From Octopus bimaculoides (Eukaryota): a stretch of DNA of 44,763 bases. Below are positions 12,865 to 44,763 of this stretch, one piece after another (position 1 is the stretch's first letter; the number at the start of each line of letters is the position of its first letter). Both the position numbers and the translations under genes were made by a program. The DNA lies in assembly GCF_001194135.2 (NCBI RefSeq), contig NC_068984.1, forward strand, positions 89,265,953 through 89,310,715, read 5' to 3'. The notes below the pieces were generated by a model. The model ran no database searches and had not been told where the DNA came from. It was given only the letters and a program-made list of their open reading frames with translations.

Positions 12865-14671
12865 ATGGCGGAAGAAAGACCGGAAGGCGGAAGTGGGGAT
12901 GAGATGATATCACGTCGGCGAGTGAGAAGAAAAGTTTCCCTCTTTATCACCCCAGTTCACTCCTGCTCGCCTTCAGACATAGCTACATGCTGTTCAGAGC
13001 CACCAACTTCCCACACATTGAGAACAGCTCTCGTCTATTCATATTCCGATTTAGGTCTGAGATCTCCTTTCCTCTGTGAAACACAAGCCTGCCCACTTTG
13101 TCTCCTTCAAGCCTGATCCCCAGCGCCGTACCTCCTTCTATAGCCTCTGGCGGTTTTGTTGTCAGCCCGAATTTCTTAAGATGATCCACGATTTCTTCTG
13201 CCGATGCCACATTCTCATCTACCAAGAAATCGTCGATATCAGCTGGTAGCCTGCTCTACTTTGACCTCTGCCCAAAACCGCCTTGAGGATCTTCGCCATG
13301 ATCTTCGGCGTCGAACTCAAGCCGAAACCCAGTTGAGTCAAGCAGTACGTTCTGCCCCTGTACCTCACTAGTTGGTACTCCCACAACTTCTCTGATACAT
13401 GGAGCTGCAGATAGACCGACTTGTGATTGACGATCGTAGCCGCTTTCCTTATTCGCCTTCACTTACGAAGGATTTCTCCACACACGTCTGTTAACTCGCC
13501 ACCCATATGACAGGACACATTCGTTCAATTCCCTGAAGTCTAGCACCGGTAAAACCTTATTTTTTGTCGGCTCAGCCATGAACGGTAGCACACCGCCCGT
13601 CGTCTCCTCACTCCATAACATCAGAATGCCCTCCTATATCTACCTGTTCACCTTTGTCTCGAACTCAAACCTGCCTTCTCCATTCAGTGTGTACTTGTAG
13701 CAGCTCACCCTGTTTCTCAGTAGATGTTATTCCGAGTGGGGTAGCAGCGGTTTGTCGGCTGGAGGGCACTGAGCTAAGGAGGCTGCACAACATGGGGGTC
13801 GACAGGATGTTGTTTTTGGCTAGGACAGTCGACCCCGATGTTATCAAGGAGAGCGTTTAGAAAATAATAGAGAATTGCAACAGGTGCCAATCGATCGATC
13901 CTGCCCCGAGCACACACGAACCAGGAAAGATTTAGATAGAGGAGGACTGGATACAGAGCTGCATACAGGCCAGGTGGAAACGGGATTGTGGAACGGCACC
14001 ACCGTATGATTAAAGCCATGGCTGAGAGGGGACGAATCTCCCCTATGGAGGCAGTCTTCTGGTACAATATGTCGCCCAGGGTAGGGCAAACCAAAGAATC
14101 GGTCCCGCACAGGGCCATATTCCAGTAGAAATGGAGACACCTGAGCGTGGTGCCGTAGCAGCTAGAGGTGGAAGAGATTACATCTCAGCAAGTTAGAGAC
14201 GAAGTGTAGGTGAAGCTCCCGAACGCACAGTGCACAACGCAGTAGGAAAAGAAAAGGTGACCGCAATCAGTACTCTGAATAATGTATCAGTGGATGGAAT
14301 GCTGCATCACGTCTTGGATATTCGTAGGGTGATTAGCTCTTCTGATGACGAAGGGGAGGGAGAAGATGACTCCATGACCCTACGGAGTTCTCTAAGGGAA
14401 CGTCGACCCCACCCGCAGGTGGACGGACAATTACGAGACAGAACAGGGGAGCAGTGATCTTTAGATCAGGGAGTCGTATGAGGGAAGGAAGACTGGAAGG
14501 GGGAGAGAGATGACGTCAAGTCGGCGAGAGAGAAGAAAAGTTTCCCTCTTTTTCATGCTATTTGCGACAGAGGCGAAACGTGGCGACAGAGAGGTCGTGA
14601 CAACATATGCTAAGAACTGAACAATCTGCAAGTCGAGGTAAGAACGACTTATTTACGTGCCTTCAAACCAC
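12865..14671. mobile_element. Rearranged Ty3/Gypsy-type LTR retrotransposon remnant
   Basis: LTR-like direct repeats at about 12870-12948 and 14485-14565. RT on - (VLDFRELN; DIDDFLVDE...HLKKFGL). Integrase on + (HNMGVDR...CNRCQSIDPAP; GNGIVERHHRMIKAM). Purine tract before TG at about 14459. Flanked by AGGTTAT direct repeats. Confidence 0.85.
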
Positions 14672-15185
14672 AGGTTATCAGACAAGAAATGCTGCTCAAA
14701 GCGCTGCCTTCCAAGTCTTATGATGTTACCAGCTTCATGTATGCAAACTTGGTCAAAGAATGCACTTCGACTCTTGGTGGTTAAAAGATGTTGCCGAAGA
14801 GATATGATACGACATTCAAAGGCAGTTTGAATTGATGTTAAGCCCCTGCCGCCTTGTTTCCATTTTAGGTAAAGGCGATCTAAGTCACTGTTGATGTGAA
14901 AATTATGTGTACTTGTTAGTATCTTCCGGATTTTCACATCAATGACTCGGATCTCAAGTGTCCAACCAAGCAACCCAAATGTTGGTATGAGTACTGGCAC
15001 CGCAAACACATTGTGGGCCACTGTTTTATTGAATGCAGAGAATTCCGAGGTCCAAATTTTCTTTATTTGGCTGTAATATTCTTTAGTGACATGTGTTTTA
15101 TTACAGATGCCATTGTAAGGTATGTTTTCATCCACCCCTAGATACCTGTAACATGCCTCATCGGATATAAGGGAAACAGTTAAGT
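14672..15185 (-). mobile_element. R4/Dong-clade non-LTR RT thumb fragment (5' part)
   Basis: YRYLGVDE...AVPVLIPTFG...RKILT...DRLYLKWKQGGRGL. Confidence 0.8.
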
Positions 15186-15739
15186 CATTGATGTATGTAT
15201 GTATGTATGTATGTACGTATGTATGTGTATGTATGCATGCATGTATTATGTATGTATGCATGTATGTATGTGTGTATGTGTGTATGTATGTATGTATACT
15301 TAAAACCAGTAATTGCCGTTGATGTTCCATAACAGGCGGTTCAACAAATTCACGTTTATAAAAAAAACACCAAATTTAAAATTTTGTTGAAGTCTATATA
15401 CACGACTAAACTCTTGACGGTAGTGTCCCAACATAATTGCAATCCAACTAGTGGTAAAAGACTAAATGAATTAAAATACAAAAATACCATGACTTAATTG
15501 AATCAATATATTTATATCATTATAATTGCAACAATTACTTCACGATATCTACAAAAATGCTTGACATAACTTTTTAGTCGAGTGACAGCAGCACTGCCTC
15601 CACCACTTTGATTGCGAGCAGCCAATCTCTTACAGCATAGAGAAACATCAAACAGCACCAACACTTACATCACCACTGTCATCATGACTTAACGACCGGA
15701 AAAGAAAAAACCGTTGCATGGGCAATACTCCAAATGAGT

Positions 15740-17000
15740 TGGGGAAGCTGATGTAGATATGAGAACCCATCTGTGTCGATATATGCAGATGACATTACCG
15801 TAAAGGTATTGGAAATCATAGAAATCGAAATGATCGGTACCTTTCTAAATGGGAATTCTCACAGGGGCAAAGACTAATATGTCGATGGACTTGTCACTTG
15901 GTACCTAGAAAGGCAGACAGTGTCGTTGGACAGTGTCGTTGGACAGTGTCGTTGGCCGTTGAACGAACAGTCAGTTAATTTGCTTGGAGTTTGATTGTCT
16001 GGATCTCCAAACGGATAAAAATGAGATGCGTAAAAAGGTGGTTACGAGCAGGGTGGCCAGGTTCACCCAGAAAAAGGGCTGAAAGGAAGCTATCCCTGAA
16101 AGGCAGAGGTGGCGACGCATATCTCGCATCCGTTACATATAGCCACTTGACTGCAGCACATTGCCCTAGTGCTTGCTTTGGAGGGTCTACACTTCCAATT
16201 ATTGTGGAAGGGACACGTCCCACTGGTCTATTTGCTGTCAACATTCTTTGCACAAATGTCTAAGTATGTTGTTGATGTTGCTGCACAGGTATTGCATTGA
16301 TGATGCAGCATCTACAGCTTTCCTATACGGTGAGATGTGCTCGCTTTTTATTAGGCATGTCTTTCCAGAGCTAATCCCCTTGATGGAGATGTAGTCCTGG
16401 ATCAAACGAAGACCAAGGCTGGGAGCTTTGTATCTGAAATGTTGTCAGGCACTCACAAACTTTTATAAATCGGGCAATACGGTTGGTGGAACTTGCAGAT
16501 TGGCATTCTATAGAGGAGTAGTTGTGAGGAAGAACGACAACGCTTTCAGGGAAACTCTAGGTGTTGTCGAGAATTAACTGGTTGGCCTGTTTCGGCGAAC
16601 TCTCGGCCCAGGAACGAAGGAAAACTGCCAGAAATCCTGGTTTGGCAATGCTATTGGGATAGATGATATGGAAATGCTGTCATCTGGGGACCTGTCCAAG
16701 ATGCATGCGGGGCATTAATTTTTGCACTCATACTTTCAGTGTCCAAGTATCACTGATTTATGGAGTTTTGTTGAACAGCTGTTGTTGCGAAATAGGATCA
16801 GGCTAATAACCGACCAAAAATTAATCGGCTGCCTTCCTTTGGCAAGAACTTTCCCCCTGTCTGGTGATTATGACACAAAAGATTGAGTAGTGGACGAGAG
16901 TAAAGACACTGCTTTTTGGCTACACTTTTATCAATTTCTTAAGTTTCACTTGGAGAGGAAAGCGAGCGGAGGAGTATGTACTGCCATTCCTATAAACCCT
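15740..17000 (+). mobile_element. Degenerate Tx1/L1-clade LINE ORF2
   Basis: YADD at 15782-15793, RKLSLKGR, TCPRC...HSYFQCPSITDLWSFVEQLL, FLKFHLERK; multiple frameshifts and stops. Confidence 0.8.
15916..15954. repeat. 13-bp tandem repeat x3 (gacagtgtcgttg)
   Basis: Directly visible. Confidence 0.9.
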
Positions 17001-17399
17001 CTGGAAGGCGGGTGGGAGTAGCGAATATTTGTAAAAGAGCCTCTTCTGAGCATGTTTTTGTCGGCCGAGAAACGAGTCTGGTGACGACGAACAAGCCGAA
17101 CTTCGGAGTCGCATTAAATATTTTCCTAATAAAAATATGCACTCTACCAAAAAATATTGAGTAATCCTTCAGTTTCAAGTTAATTTTTTTTTATATATAT
17201 ACAACTTAACATATACACAAACATCAATGCACACATACACATATGACCATTTACATGTATATATACACGCGCGTGATTGAAGTATGGTACTGAATATCCA
17301 GGTGTGATATACTGAATTCTGTACGCATAATTTTTTTACTTAATAAACGTTTCTTTCTTCTAGTAAGATTTTAAAAACTTATCAGCAACTACTGTCAAT

Positions 17400-17634
17400 T
17401 CAGAGAAATAGCTATGTTTAGCAAAGGGAGATTAACAAGAACATTTAGTGACGGTGATGGTTTAAAGTTCACCCGATAATTTTTCTGCCACGATTACACA
17501 ATCATTAAAAGCAGCAGCAGGGTGTTGTCACTGGATTTATATCTTGACAATAGCACTCCTCCACGTTCACATTCGGTATCTAACGACACGGAACGTCACT
17601 TAGTTATTTTCGATAAATCAACAGCAACCACAAC
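17400..17634 (+). promoter_or_regulatory. Probable PCYT2 promoter and 5' UTR
   Basis: Non-repetitive, CpG-retaining sequence immediately upstream of the start ATG; TSS not determinable. Confidence 0.45.
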
Positions 17635-44125
<26,491 letters not shown>

Positions 44126-44389
44126 GTATGTAACTTTTTTCCTCTTCATAACATTTCAAACTTCATAATCACTATCTGAAAAATTGATTGGTTTATCTTG
44201 TAAATGTTATATATATTTGTTATAAGTGACAGAAGTAGTATTAGTTCAAAATAGCATTCTGTCCATCTTACTTAACATGGCTATACTGCCATAAAACTGG
44301 CATTCATCTTGAGAAAGCACTTTGTATTGACGTATTTATGTTAAAAAACACAGAAGTGTATCCATGGCAGACAAAGAGCATCTAGCAGC

Positions 44390-44451
44390 AGTGGAATTAC
44401 TAAATCTGGATTTCTGCTTTTTCTGAGTGTCATCAGTAGCAAGTATCCACT
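44390..44451 (-). ncRNA. Decayed minimal type I hammerhead ribozyme
   Basis: Minus strand: ...UUGCUA-CUGAUGA-CACU cagaaaa AGCA-GAAA-UCCAGA-UU-UAGUAA... The core is intact and stem I pairs; stem II and III mismatches fit CpG decay. Confidence 0.55.
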
Positions 44452-44718
44452 AGCAATCACATGCTTAAACAAATTTATCTTCTACTGATATAGAAAAAAC
44501 AGTAATTAACAAATCACTGGTGTCACAAACAGCCAACAGGCTGTGTAAAATTTCTTTACTAGTGACAGAAGCGGTATTAGTTCAAAATAGCATTCTGTAT
44601 ATCTTACTTAACGTGGATATGCTACAGAAATCCAGAAAACAGTAGTATTTGTCTCACGAAAGCATTTTGTGGAGATGTATAGTGCTGAAAGCATAGATGT
44701 ATATCAGTAGCAGATGAA

Positions 44719-44763
<45 letters not shown>

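Overview
AT-rich, repeat-dense animal genomic DNA. The SINE, LINE and microsatellite repertoire suggests an octopod cephalopod (inference). One protein-coding gene is well supported: the first 8 coding exons of ethanolamine-phosphate cytidylyltransferase (PCYT2) on +, from 17635 to 44125 and continuing past the window. All seven junctions are GT-AG and in frame. The rest is mostly transposon debris of many classes: tRNA-derived SINEs, RTE, Tx1/L1, R4/Dong, CRE, a rearranged Gypsy-type LTR element, a candidate solo LTR, maT/Tc1, mariner and Merlin. The most notable non-coding signal is a set of minimal type I hammerhead ribozymes in short Penelope/retrozyme-like repeats: one with perfect consensus at 10930-10972, two decayed at about 41571-41615 and 44390-44451, and one truncated at about 41855-41879. 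Also notable are a nested insertion whose removal restores an R4 ORF in frame, several long intronic inverted repeats, and a CpG pattern suggesting a second, divergent gene at the left. All alignments and counts were done by eye and no database was searched.
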